From contig OZ076413.1 in assembly GCA_964187785.1 (NCBI GenBank), forward strand, positions 50,284,001-50,348,000: DNA of 64,000 nucleotides, written 5' to 3'. The DNA is from Amphiscolops sp. MND2022. Taxonomy: Eukaryota. Made by a program: the position numbers and the translations under genes. Of the stretch, positions 24,142-34,759 are shown piece by piece. Under the pieces are notes generated by a model. The model worked only from the letters and a program-made list of their open reading frames with translations, ran no database searches and was not told the DNA's origin. Within the stretch, counting starts at the first letter, position 1, and each line of letters opens with the position of its first letter.

Positions 24142-24333
24142 ATGGATTTTGAAAATTTGAGCAATGAGTCTGACAGTCTTGCAACAGACAGCGGTTATGA
24201 TTCAATGGTTTCATTTGACGAAGATGATGATGGTGATGATGGTCTGATGCATCTCAATGTTGAGGTTGTAGAACTGTTTGAACGCTTGTTGTCATGGCTG
24301 GATCAAGTTCAACAAATTGACGATATTTTGTAA
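24142..24333 (+). CDS. 63-aa acidic peptide with DSGYDS phosphodegron-like motif
   Basis: Intact ATG-TAA ORF, the first ORF-track call downstream of the TATA; motif at 24187-24204. Confidence 0.55.
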   Translation: MDFENLSNESDSLATDSGYDSMVSFDEDDDGDDGLMHLNVEVVELFERLLSWLDQVQQIDDIL

Positions 24334-24446
24334 GACTGGATGATTGATGATGAGTAGTATGTATGATGATTTCGAAGAATCTGGAAGGAAAAGTATTTTC
24401 ACGAATTCTGGCTGAAAGACAAGAAAACCAAACTTTGAAGACTCTT

Positions 24447-25280
24447 TTAACTTTTTTTTAACGAATCTGACGGATTTTTTCTTTTCCGAGACGCTAATTC
24501 AAACTGTTGTGCAAGCGTTTTTGCAGTCTCTAAGTCTTCCATTGTTAGCAAGGGCTCTCCCAACGAGTCAACCAAGTCAGGAAATAATTCAGCAAACGTG
24601 CAAGTTTTGCTTTGCATTTTCTAAATAAAAGTAAAAAGCCTTACAAACATTAGTGAATTGAATACTGACAGGGGACAAAAGTCAGTTACCATCACTTGTT
24701 CCTCTAAATCTGAGGTTGTAGCTTTTGAAACTTTGTCTTCGAGCAGTTCCACTTTTTTCAGCAATTCAAGTTCCTCCATGTTCAATTAATCAGTGTTCTA
24801 AAGCAAAAATAATCTGGTCCATGTCAGAGACTTTTACAACAAGAAAAAGCAACAAGAACCTTTAAACTTTGTTCAAGGTAGCTACTTGTGGATGGCTGGT
24901 TCATACAATCAGTCTTATCATCCTTAAAGTACCATGCGACACTGTTTTTATCATCCTCTGTGAACAATGTTTCCAAGAGGTTCCGTTCTGATTCGTCAAC
25001 TTGGTATTCCGCAGCATCGTCCGGAAACAACACTTTTTTTCGTTTGTTACTGAGAGGAGCCGAATCTTTTTCACTCATTGTGCTGACATCACCAAGAGGT
25101 GTGCCTGAAACATCACAAAGATAAAGTCCCATTTGGGCTACAGTTTACCTCCAGTTGAAAAATTTTCTAATGTTTACCTAAACCGATTATTCCTTGTCTT
25201 GTCTTTTTTTTGTCTTTATGAAGAACAGTAGGAACAGTTATAGACTTTAGAGTTGGTGTTGTCTTTTCGTTGCTAGACAT
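24447..25280 (-). CDS. Probable multi-exon Polinton accessory gene(s), unknown function
   Basis: ATG 25280; intron 25105-25177 (GTAAAC..TTTCAG) joins in frame to ORF 24824-25132. Further exon-like pieces MEELELLKKVELLEDK (~24780-24690) and KMQSKTCTFAELFP..RKRK (~24620-24450) follow polypyrimidine-AG acceptors. Confidence 0.45.
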
Positions 25281-25379
25281 TTCTGAAAAAGTACTCAGAA
25301 TTGAAACTGAAAAACAAGAGGGAAATATTCGAAACAGTGTTTTTCAGTAAAAAGTATTGTTCATAAAAGCATGTTTACT

Positions 25380-28300
25380 TTATACATTAATTGGGGATGT
25401 TGTAACGCCATCAGCATGCACAAATCGTTTGTAATAAAAATATGTAATAGACATTTTGTCTTGTTTATATGTGAACATTTTTCCTCGGTAGTAGCGAAAT
25501 CCTTTGTTGGATCCTTCGTAGGGTACTTTGTTAAACAAGACAGATTTAAATCTTTCCAATGGCGACTCTAGATTTTTGTTGCTACCTTTGAGAGCCATTT
25601 TCATCTTTTTGTTGTTTTCGTTAAATGCACAGTAGGTTTTGCTGTTGAGACAAATCATTTCCGTTCCTTTCCATTCAATTTTGAAAAGTCCTGGTGTTCT
25701 TTTATCCATTGCACCGTGTTCTTTACAGCAGCTTCGTGTTAGAAAATTCAGTTGAGCATTTGGTAGATAGCAATCTTCTTGTTCATGATAATGCTTTGCA
25801 TTTTCTTGCATTTGTGTCTTTGCAGCCTCAGTGAAACAATCGAAGAGGTCGTTTTCTGTCAAAGCCATGTATAAAGAGTCTGTGTCCATCTCTATAGCAC
25901 GAAAAGATCTTGGTCGCATAATTCTGCCGAGAAAGTCGTAACGGAATTCCAACATTCTTTGTTTTCCATTGTTTAGTACTGTAAAACCAACGAGAATGGG
26001 TTCGTCGTGCACAATTTTTCTTTTAGCCATGTTAATTTCGTATATTTTTTCATCCACAATGTCATAGGACCGGAATTTCGGAGAATTGACTTTTTGATCA
26101 ACTTTTCTTTCATCAACAAAAAGCGTGTTTTGAAATTTTGATTTGTTTATGAGTTGGATGCCATATGCGCTGTTTCCAATAAATTTGGATGTTTCTGCAA
26201 TCACACTGAGCGACTTTTCTACATCTCCTCGACGCCTGTTTTCTGTTACAAAATCCAAAAAATCTTTGAAGGGTTGTGCTTTTTTGTAACAAAGAAACTG
26301 GTAGCATTTTGTAACAACCAAACCATGTTCTAAACACCACTTGATGTAGTCGGTAGATAACATTATCTTTTCTCCAAAGTAGCTGGCGACAAGACATTTC
26401 CAACCGTTTTTCATCAAACCAAACTCCTTAGCATAATCTTGCATTTCCGCGGAAAGATGATGCCTCTCGACAGTTGTATTTTTGAAGATGGGTGGAAGTT
26501 CTTTAAAGTGTTCCTTCAAGTGATCTGGAACGTGGGTGTCAATTTCAGCTATTCCATAGACTTTTTCTTTCCAAACTGCATTGAGAAAAGTCTCCAACGT
26601 TGAAAACTTTTGTGGTAGACAATCAAGTTTTCTCACAAAGTCTTTTATTTCGGGGTCTGTTTCTTTAAGCTGATTCCATTGACACTCCCATTGCTCAATC
26701 ACACAATATCCTGCATTTGGAATAACTTCCGTGCGCTCCTTGTCATTTTCACGTATTTTCGCCGGTGTTTTTCCATGAATTAGAGGCGGCTGAAACATTT
26801 AGCAGTTTGAAGCACTTGAAAAAAAGTGTATGATTCATTGTTTCAAAATTAAAATTTTGTCAACTAACCAAACTTATACAGTCATGAGCGTGATGATAAA
26901 TTCCCAAACAGTTTTACAGGACACACAGATAGCATCGGGAACGAGTGTTCTAACTTGGTGGCGCATATTTGTGAAACGCGTGGTCACTGAACAACTAGGG
27001 TTTTGGTCGTGATGATGTTTGGAGATAAAAGCAACATACTGTCGTTCAGCTTGTAAAAATTTACTTTTTTCGGAAACTAGAGCGTTGTCGCTGTTGCACA
27101 CGTAATGAGTCAAAGGTCCAGTTGGCATGTTCCCACCAATAGCAGATAAATACAAAGCGTTGGCATCATAACCAACTATTGACTTGACTTTTTCATCATT
27201 GATTGCAGTTTCATTAATTTTTTCGTAACGACTAAACACTATACTTGGCCCTCCAACAATGTTGTTTCGAACACTTTGATACAAATCCTTGTCTTTATAA
27301 TTGAACAAAAAAATTCCTTCGCCTTTGTTTGATCGATGTAAGATTTTGTTGGCGGCACCACTGAGTGTTAGAGTTTCCTTCAGCAAGTCAATCGAGTGTT
27401 GTTCATAGAATTTGGCCATTTTGTTCACAGCCTTGTGGAGGGGATAAACATCAAGGTTATTGTAATATTGTAAAAAATCCATCATTGTTTGAAACTCTTC
27501 GTTGTCCCATGTTTGTTTAATGTCCTCATATACTTCCAACCCTGTCTTTGGTCTACTTGGATCGGTGAGGCTGCCTCCGTTCCGAACAAAACTGTTAATC
27601 TCGTTCTCCAAAACGTTTTCATTCTTCAGTGAGGAAAAGAATGCTTCGTAGGGTGGTAATGAAGTTTCTTGTAAAACTTCAAAACTGGTGAGATGTTCGT
27701 AAGGAAAGAAAAACTTGCTGACTTCACTACCATAGGCTTTCAAAAACTTGTCTAATGATGTACCAGCTGCAACAAAATGACTACAGTCCATGAAGCGCAG
27801 GTTTGGTGTCGAAAGGAGTAGGAAGCGAGTATTTCGTTTAAAACACTTGATGGATGACAAGCTAACGAAACGCTGCAGAGACTTTAAAAGGTATGACTTT
27901 ATCAAATTCAAGTCGTAGAATCCACTATTGAAACCAAAAATTGGTAGCTGGTCAATGTATTGTAAGAATTGTGTTCGTGTTCTTTTCAGGAATTTCTGCA
28001 ATCTCTGCTGTGTGCTGGACATAGTAGTAGCGGTAGTGGTTTCGTTTAGAGCAGCTTCTTCATCGTCTGAGTGTGTATTCTCTCCCATGGTGGTGTCATC
28101 TGGTTCAAATTCTAGTAACATTTCATCAATTTGTTCTGGATAGGGTAAAAATTTTTGTCGCTGGTGAGAGATATTTTTGAGGGACAAGTCCATTAAATAG
28201 TCTACAAACTTGTCTACCAAAACGTTAGGGTCTTTTTCGACTAGCCACTTTGCAGCCGATTCGTCTGTTGTAATGTTTTGATATACTGCAACCGATACGG

Positions 28301-29838
28301 GAATATGTTGGTGAGTAAACTCCAACTTTTTTGTTTTAATGAAACAATCATCTTGGTTAGTATCAATACCATTTGTTTGCTGTAATGATGTTTTTTGTCT
28401 CAAAATGGATTCAAAGTCAAAAGTAACAAACGACTTGTAGAATCTATGCTCATGCGGAGCACAAACATCAAACACGGTCTCTAGCGTCGTGAAAAAAGTG
28501 TCAGTGGGCGTGTATTTCCCACCTGGATAGGAGTGGTCCGACTTTTCCGAGCATGACTTTAGATGGCGATTCAAATCAAACAGTCGTGAAAAGTACTGTT
28601 CACACTTGATGCACTAAATCGTCGAAAAAATACGTTCAGATTTCGGATTAGACAAGTGTGATTATCGACTAGAAGCAGATCAACAAAGTTGGATTGCATG
28701 TCCATTTCCAACGTTTTACTTCGGTATAGCAATTCACCTTGTACTACATTGTGTACATCTAGTTCAGCTGAAAACACTCGGATGGCGCAAGAACAAAACT
28801 TTTCAACGTCTGGCAGGTCCTTCAGCTCAATACCAGTAAAATCTTGAACAATTTTTTGCACTCCGCGAATGTACATTTGAAAAAACTCCATTGTTTTAGA
28901 TTCCAATCCATGCTTGGAGTTTTGTTGAAATGCAGCCAAGGCACGAAATACGCAAAGATTATCATTAAGCCATCTTTTTGTGGATTTGTTGAAGGTAAGT
29001 GTCCACACACTCGTCGAGGATTTGATGAAATCCGGAATATCTATTACATCTTGATCGGTGCTGCCCATTGGCAGGCGTGACAAGTGTGTGGCATGTAGAG
29101 AGACGTTGGTTAAGCAGAAGAAAGTCCATTTTGTGCTGTCGCGAATGTTTGTAAATTTTTCAATAAAGTCAGTGCTGAAAATGTCTTGTTTTAACAGTTT
29201 GAATTGTTCAAAGTTTTCTACTAGTTTTGGTTTGGGTAAGACCGTTGTATTGTCACTTGAGTAGTAGTACCGATATTCGCCAGTTTCGTTGTTTGAGAGA
29301 ATGTATCCAAAACTGACATTCATTTTGGATACCCTAGTTATTTTTGCAAAAGCTTCATCCAGTACATTACAAATATTATCAATCCATTCATCCTTCAAAA
29401 GAAAATTGACAGTTGTTTGGTGGGGTAGCAAAACGATTTGATCCCCCATAATGTGTCTCTTTCTACGCACAAGTTCTTTCAGTGATTCATCGTCGCCAAA
29501 TTGGGTATCGTTCAGTTGGGAATTTGGTGATTTTAACATTTCATGTTCAGTATGTGTATGTTGTTGCAACGTGAGCATTGTTGCAAAGGTTGAATCACAG
29601 TAGCCACATTTGAAGTTTTTTTCACATGCTTCAGAGATTTATGAGTGTTGAGGTCTTGGCTACTTTTTGCAATGTAGCTGCACTGTCCACAGTGTAAATC
29701 ATCCTTGTCATGTGTCTTTTCATGTCGGTTTCGATTGTACTTGCGCGAAAACTCTTTTCCACATTTACTGCAAACAAAAGTTACAATGGATTGCTGAGAA
29801 GTTGAAGGAGTTGCTGTTGCGCCGTCAGACGACTGCAT
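25380..29838 (-). pseudogene. polB: Protein-primed family B DNA polymerase (pPolB) with N-terminal C2H2 fingers, vOTU-like domain and VSR-like insert
   Basis: Exo I FDFES, Exo II GFNSGFYD, Exo III YNNLDV; IVGGPS; motif A YDANALY, motif B KFIGNSAYG, motif C MDTDS. Frameshifts at ~29620, ~28615 and ~26900; probable intron 26790-26868. Confidence 0.95.
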
Positions 29839-30096
29839 CGTGATGAATAGAGAGCAGCAGCAGCACTTGCCGTCGTTCTTTCGGGAGAAATTCAATCTAA
29901 AATAGTGCCTGTTTGCTACTACAAATTCGAACAATTTTCAAAGTTTTCTGGTAACTCCTGAATTTGCTGTGGCTAAACATCAGACAAACAAGTTTTGTAA
30001 CAAAAATAAGCAGTGCAAATATCACATCATGCTTTATGGTTCTGACAATATACAAAAGAAGTTGATTCATCTGAGTTATGATTTTGAAAATGTAAA

Positions 30097-30438
30097 TTGT
30101 CCCTACAGTTATTTCAAATTCTTCATTATTCTTTCGGAAAAAGTTGTTTGTATTCATGGAAACTTCCTGATGGAACCTTTATTATTGGCTACCAGACACA
30201 ATCGTATACATCGAAGCAAAGAATGTGTCACGAGTCTACTTTGGAGACGGATTGGTCGGAAAAAAAGGAGACGTCACTCACCAGCAACAATCAACAGAGG
30301 TCCACAACACACTATAGCGTCGCTGATGAATATTGTTCAAATGCAGATTGTTGTCGCGACTCGTCTCTCTGGAAATTTTGCAAAAACATTCTTCATCTGA
30401 AATTTCCACAACTACCACAAATGACATCAGCACAATAA
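30097..30438 (+). CDS. Hypothetical Polinton protein (frame uncertain)
   Basis: Overlapping ORFs 29969-30400 and 30097-30438 lie in a gene-dense tract after an acceptor-like CCCTACAG; no motif recognised. Confidence 0.25.
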   Translation: MSLQLFQILHYSFGKSCLYSWKLPDGTFIIGYQTQSYTSKQRMCHESTLETDWSEKKETSLTSNNQQRSTTHYSVADEYCSNADCCRDSSLWKFCKNILHLKFPQLPQMTSAQ

Positions 30439-30560
30439 CCGAGTAATTTTCCTTTGCAAGCTTACCTTGCAATATCAAATCATTACTTTTGTTCACTACC
30501 TACAGTTCAGTTGTTATTTGCTGATTCAAAAAATTTTGGACAAAATAAAAAATTTTCATC

Positions 30561-30980
30561 ATGTCATCAACTGCTGTCATCAACCCTGTTGATTGTAAAG
30601 TGTTGAAATGTTTTAAAGTTGAAGTTAGTACAAAACGTTACCTTTTGATTACAGTTAAAAGCTATCCATCTTCTTCAGAAAGCTATACAAGTATTCAACT
30701 ATTCAAGTTGGATGAAGAGACCAAGGAATACACACCACAAAAGTATTTGACTCTCAAGTTTCAAGAATTAAACAAAATTCCTTGGGACGACGTTTACACC
30801 AACGTTGTCAATGTCTTCGACTTTTCACTAGACGTTCGCATGCCCTACAACAAGAATGATATGGACTATTTTGACTTCATCTTTGATGTTCAAGACTTTA
30901 TCTCAAACAAATCGAGAGTCGTCAGAGTAGCTTCCAAGCGTTATCCTCAAGCAACCTACTTGTACTTAAAACTCTCTTAA
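30561..30980 (+). CDS. Putative PC4/whirly-like ssDNA-binding protein with a second, truncated repeat
   Basis: KRYLLITVKSY..YTSIQLFKLD..PQKYLTLKFQELNKI follows the PC4 strand-strand-strand-helix pattern; second repeat SRVVRVASKRYPQATYLYLKL. Confidence 0.45.
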   Translation: MSSTAVINPVDCKVLKCFKVEVSTKRYLLITVKSYPSSSESYTSIQLFKLDEETKEYTPQKYLTLKFQELNKIPWDDVYTNVVNVFDFSLDVRMPYNKNDMDYFDFIFDVQDFISNKSRVVRVASKRYPQATYLYLKLS

Positions 30981-31196
30981 AACTTGTACTTAAATCTTTT
31001 ACTCTCCTACTTGTAAACTTAAAACCCAAATGGAATACCTAAAGAAGGAAGTCCAATCACAGAGACTGGCTTATTTCGTCCAATCCCAACATTGACTAAC
31101 CCAGAAATCAGCAGCAGCAGCAGCAGCGTCAGTAGCAATAACCATTAACAAATTTTTTGAGTGCTTCATTACCTCTCTTGCTTTTACAGAATTTAG

Positions 31197-31823
31197 TTGC
31201 TTGCTAGCATGATGGCTGATTTCAACTACATTATTACGTTGGTTTTGGATGTGGAGTTTTTAGAAGTTGACGTAGTTAAAGAAATTAGTGTAACCACACC
31301 GTATCACTCTGTATCTTTATCATTCAAACCTCCCAGACCATGGAAAGATCTAACCCGTGAAGAACAACTGGAATACAACAACAACAACAACACTCTCAAT
31401 GTTCCGTGGGATGAACGCGCTATTGACTATAAGGAACTGAGGAACGCTGTATACACCCTCATTCCACCAGGAGTCATGAAGTATGCAAAAGGAGTGCAAA
31501 AGTGTGACTTTTTCTCACGTTTTTTCCATTTCAAAATTCACAATTTGGAAGACATGGGCTGCCCTGACGCCTCTGCAATCCAACATTTGATAAATAAGAA
31601 GGAGAACAACAACAACGACGACGACGACGACGACGACAAGGAGAACAGGCCGTTGTGTCCCAATTTTCCCAAATATCCCAATCATTATGAAAAATGTGCG
31701 GCCATCAATAGTAAGCTTTATCTCAAGTGGTTAGCCAATAAAATTAAAGAAGACCCTGCTGCTGCGGAAATGGCGCGAAAGACTTCCCCGCTGCGCAACG
31801 ATGCAGCACTCATACTCATGTAA
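31197..31823 (+). CDS. DnaQ/DEDD exonuclease-like Polinton accessory protein
   Basis: LVLDVEF..VVKE, FKPP, YAKGVQK, NLEDMGCP and C..H..CA motifs. Confidence 0.6.
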   Translation: MLASMMADFNYIITLVLDVEFLEVDVVKEISVTTPYHSVSLSFKPPRPWKDLTREEQLEYNNNNNTLNVPWDERAIDYKELRNAVYTLIPPGVMKYAKGVQKCDFFSRFFHFKIHNLEDMGCPDASAIQHLINKKENNNNDDDDDDDKENRPLCPNFPKYPNHYEKCAAINSKLYLKWLANKIKEDPAAAEMARKTSPLRNDAALILM

Positions 31824-31852
31824 TTATCATCATCATTTGTTAAATTTGCAGC

Positions 31853-32116
31853 ATGACTGATCAGCCGGATCTTGCAGTGCAAGAGTTCGTTTTTGATGAG
31901 AATAACCAAGAACGCAAGCCTTGGACAATTTGCGGCAAGCCTATTCCACGGTCCGAAATTGTCTTTTTCAGTCAATTACTTGTCATTCTTATGGTTATCT
32001 CATTTTGTATTTTCAAACTTTCTGTATCATCTTCAAACGATAAAGACAAGCCGGTTTGGATTGCCTTGCTGGCCAGTGCACTGGGATCTATTCTACCCAA
32101 TCCGACACTGAAATGA
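31853..32116 (+). CDS. Small two-TM membrane protein
   Basis: RSEIVFFSQLLVILMVISFCIFKL and WIALLASALGSILPNP; its stop overlaps the ATPase start (ATGA at 32113). Confidence 0.75.
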   Translation: MTDQPDLAVQEFVFDENNQERKPWTICGKPIPRSEIVFFSQLLVILMVISFCIFKLSVSSSNDKDKPVWIALLASALGSILPNPTLK

Positions 32117-32847
32117 TCAAGGTCATTCCCACTGACAACCATGTGTTTATGTCTCTTGTTGGTCCATCCGGCTCTGGAAAGACTACTCTTTTGTATAAAC
32201 TTTCAACCTTGCCAGTGTTTCAACCAAGGTATCAATCTGTAATTTTTTTCTATCAACATTATCAAGAAGCGTACAAAAAATTGAAGCGAGATGTTGCAGA
32301 AATTGAATTCATACAAGGAATAGACTTTGATTTGATCAATCAATCATTCACACATGACGGAAAAAGACGCTTGCTAATTTTTGATGACTTTTCAGAGGAA
32401 CTTTTAAAATCTAAAGGTTTCACTCGGATTGCTACCGCTGGTAGACACTTGGGCTTGCATGTTTTGTATTTTAAGCATAATTTATTTCATAAATCACCCA
32501 TTGGAAGAGACGTAGAGTTGCAGTTGACTCATATTGTGCTTTTTCAATCTCCCCGTGACATTAATCAAATTGAACGACTTGGGCAACAGTTGGGCAAGCA
32601 AAAATTTTTACCTCTATGCTATAAGGATGCCACATCCAAACCTTTTGGATTTCTCATGATTGATCTGTCACCCAAAACATTGGATCTTTTACGATTTTGT
32701 ACAAATTTGGAGCCAACAGTTTTCTATATACCCAGTGAAAAGGCCCGCATTACAGAGATTGACGATGACTACACAACAAGTTATTACGCTGCAGCATTTC
32801 AAGAGTCTTTCACTGGCCGACCGGTTGGACATGTTGAAAAGATGTGA
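32113..32847 (+). CDS. A32/FtsK-like genome-packaging ATPase
   Basis: Walker A GPSGSGKT, Walker B LLIFDD, GRH motif, GFLMIDL. Confidence 0.93.
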   Translation: MIKVIPTDNHVFMSLVGPSGSGKTTLLYKLSTLPVFQPRYQSVIFFYQHYQEAYKKLKRDVAEIEFIQGIDFDLINQSFTHDGKRRLLIFDDFSEELLKSKGFTRIATAGRHLGLHVLYFKHNLFHKSPIGRDVELQLTHIVLFQSPRDINQIERLGQQLGKQKFLPLCYKDATSKPFGFLMIDLSPKTLDLLRFCTNLEPTVFYIPSEKARITEIDDDYTTSYYAAAFQESFTGRPVGHVEKM

Positions 32848-33070
32848 GGACAATTTCATTGAGTTTCTGGCCGAATCAGTTGTAAACATTTTGCAAGGTG
32901 TAGTGCACGGAATCAGGCGGAAAGACATTGAAAAGTTCAAGCCACAAATTGTGCGAATCATTTCGACCAAAGCAACTCTTGCGGAACAGCGGGCCATATT
33001 CACTTCCCGAAAGGGGCTCTTGTTGCTAGATGTTATTATCGAGCATGTTATTCAATACTTTTTAAGTTAG
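32765..33070 (+). CDS. Conserved small Polinton hypothetical protein
   Basis: FIEFLAESVVNILQGVV pattern and position between ATPase and integrase; start approximate. Confidence 0.6.
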   Translation: MTTQQVITLQHFKSLSLADRLDMLKRCEDNFIEFLAESVVNILQGVVHGIRRKDIEKFKPQIVRIISTKATLAEQRAIFTSRKGLLLLDVIIEHVIQYFLS

Positions 33071-33075
33071 TAGTA

Positions 33076-33819
33076 ATGGAATTGAAAAAATTTGTATTGA
33101 TACCTTTTTCACAGTACAAGAGTCAATTGGCATCGAGTAGGCCTGTCAGCACAGTATTGTACGATTCAAAATTGACCAATGAGGAAAAGACCAAAATTTC
33201 GCCTACATTGGACAGAAAAAAAAGAAGAGCTGCTGCTGTTGTAAGCACGCCTACCACCACCACCACGGTCACTGCTAGCACCGTACCTGCAAGTAGTAGT
33301 AGTAGTACAACAAAGACTATTGATCGTCAAAAGGAGGCAATTTTGTTGGATGTGGGTGGAAGCCGAACTACTCAAAGACGTAGCGCTTCGTTGTACGACA
33401 AAATTTTGTCTAATCCAAAAATAGAATTGACAAGTGAAGGTACAATTAAGCTGGAAAATTCCGACACAGACATTCCTCTCAGCACATTTTTATATAGATT
33501 ACAGAACCCTTTTCCAAAAAGTAGTCCAGTAACACGACAATTTTTGGACATTGTTGAGAATGTGAAAATTCCCGAACACTTGATTGCAAATCATTCTCTG
33601 TTGAAACATCAAAGAAGTAGACAAAATAAAGCTCCTCCTCTCGTCGGCTCGGACGACGACGCCGACGATGACGAAGAGGACTTTGAAAGCGTCGACGAAG
33701 GTGCAGGTAGCAGCAGCAGGGCAACAAGCGGCAAAGAAAAGAAAGGAAAAGAATGGTATTCAGTCAAGGGCGAAAAGAAACAATTTCGAAAAAGACAGAG
33801 AAAAAAGGTTGTTGGATAA
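33076..33819 (+). CDS. Polinton hypothetical protein upstream of integrase
   Basis: 247-aa ORF starting MELKKFVLIP, with NPKIELTSEGTIKL and an acidic/basic tail. Confidence 0.65.
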   Translation: MELKKFVLIPFSQYKSQLASSRPVSTVLYDSKLTNEEKTKISPTLDRKKRRAAAVVSTPTTTTTVTASTVPASSSSSTTKTIDRQKEAILLDVGGSRTTQRRSASLYDKILSNPKIELTSEGTIKLENSDTDIPLSTFLYRLQNPFPKSSPVTRQFLDIVENVKIPEHLIANHSLLKHQRSRQNKAPPLVGSDDDADDDEEDFESVDEGAGSSSRATSGKEKKGKEWYSVKGEKKQFRKRQRKKVVG

Positions 33820-34717
33820 AGCTTGGAAGAGTGGCTTCTCAGCGTATGGATCGCGCCAAAATTTGCAAAAAGCTACAAAATTAACCGCGAAAAAAATTGA
33901 TGACTTTTTGCTAGGTGAAAACTCCTACACAAAATTTTTCATTCCCCAGCGTAGATCCTATTCCCGATTGACGACACTTGCTTTCAACATTAACGACATT
34001 TGGTGCATGGACGTTGCTTACGTCGACAAAATTGCCATGCCAAATGATAGTGTAAAATTTTTACTAGTCTGTGTAGATGTCTTGTCACGCTACTTGAGGG
34101 TGGAACCACTGAAGCGACTGACATCTGTTGCTGTGAAAGATGGTCTAGTTGCCATGTTAAATAAAAGCCCGACAGTACATCCCAACAAAATTTGGACCGA
34201 TCAAGGTCGAGAGTTTGAGGGAGAATTTCGCAAGTTTTGCAAAACTGTTGGAATACACCAATATAATTCGTTCATTGGTACAAAAGCAGCATTTGCTGAG
34301 CGAGCCATTAGAGCCTTGAAGGCCCAAATTGTTCGGTATCTCGAAAAGGAATGGATTTTTGCGCTATATTGACAAGTTGCCAGACTTTGTAAAAACTCTC
34401 AATGACCGTGTGAATCGATCAATTGGTATGGCACCGTCAAATGTTGAGAAAAAGCATGTGCTCAAACTTATCGCACTTAAACAAAGGTCTGCAGTGATGA
34501 AAGAAAAAAGGCCAAGTACAAGGTGGGCGACCTTGTACGCATTGCTTCAAAGAATGTGCCCTTTAGAAAAGGATATCTACAACAGTTTACAAATGAAATT
34601 TTTTCAATTTCCACAGTATTCTCCTCTCACCCACCCTCTTACATTTTGCGTGATGAAAAAGGCCAAGAAATTCAGGGCAAATTTTACGAAGCTGAGATTA
34701 TTAAAGTACTCAAGTGA
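33750..34717 (+). pseudogene. int: Retroviral-like (rve) DDE integrase of the Polinton
   Basis: WCMDVAYV, VDVLSRY, WTDQGREF, KAAFAERAIR; C-terminal VGDLVRI..FRKGY..GKFYEAE; frameshifts at ~34350 and ~34510. Confidence 0.93.
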
Positions 34718-34759
34718 AAAGAATACATTTCACAAATCATTTTTTAGCTTTAATCGACA

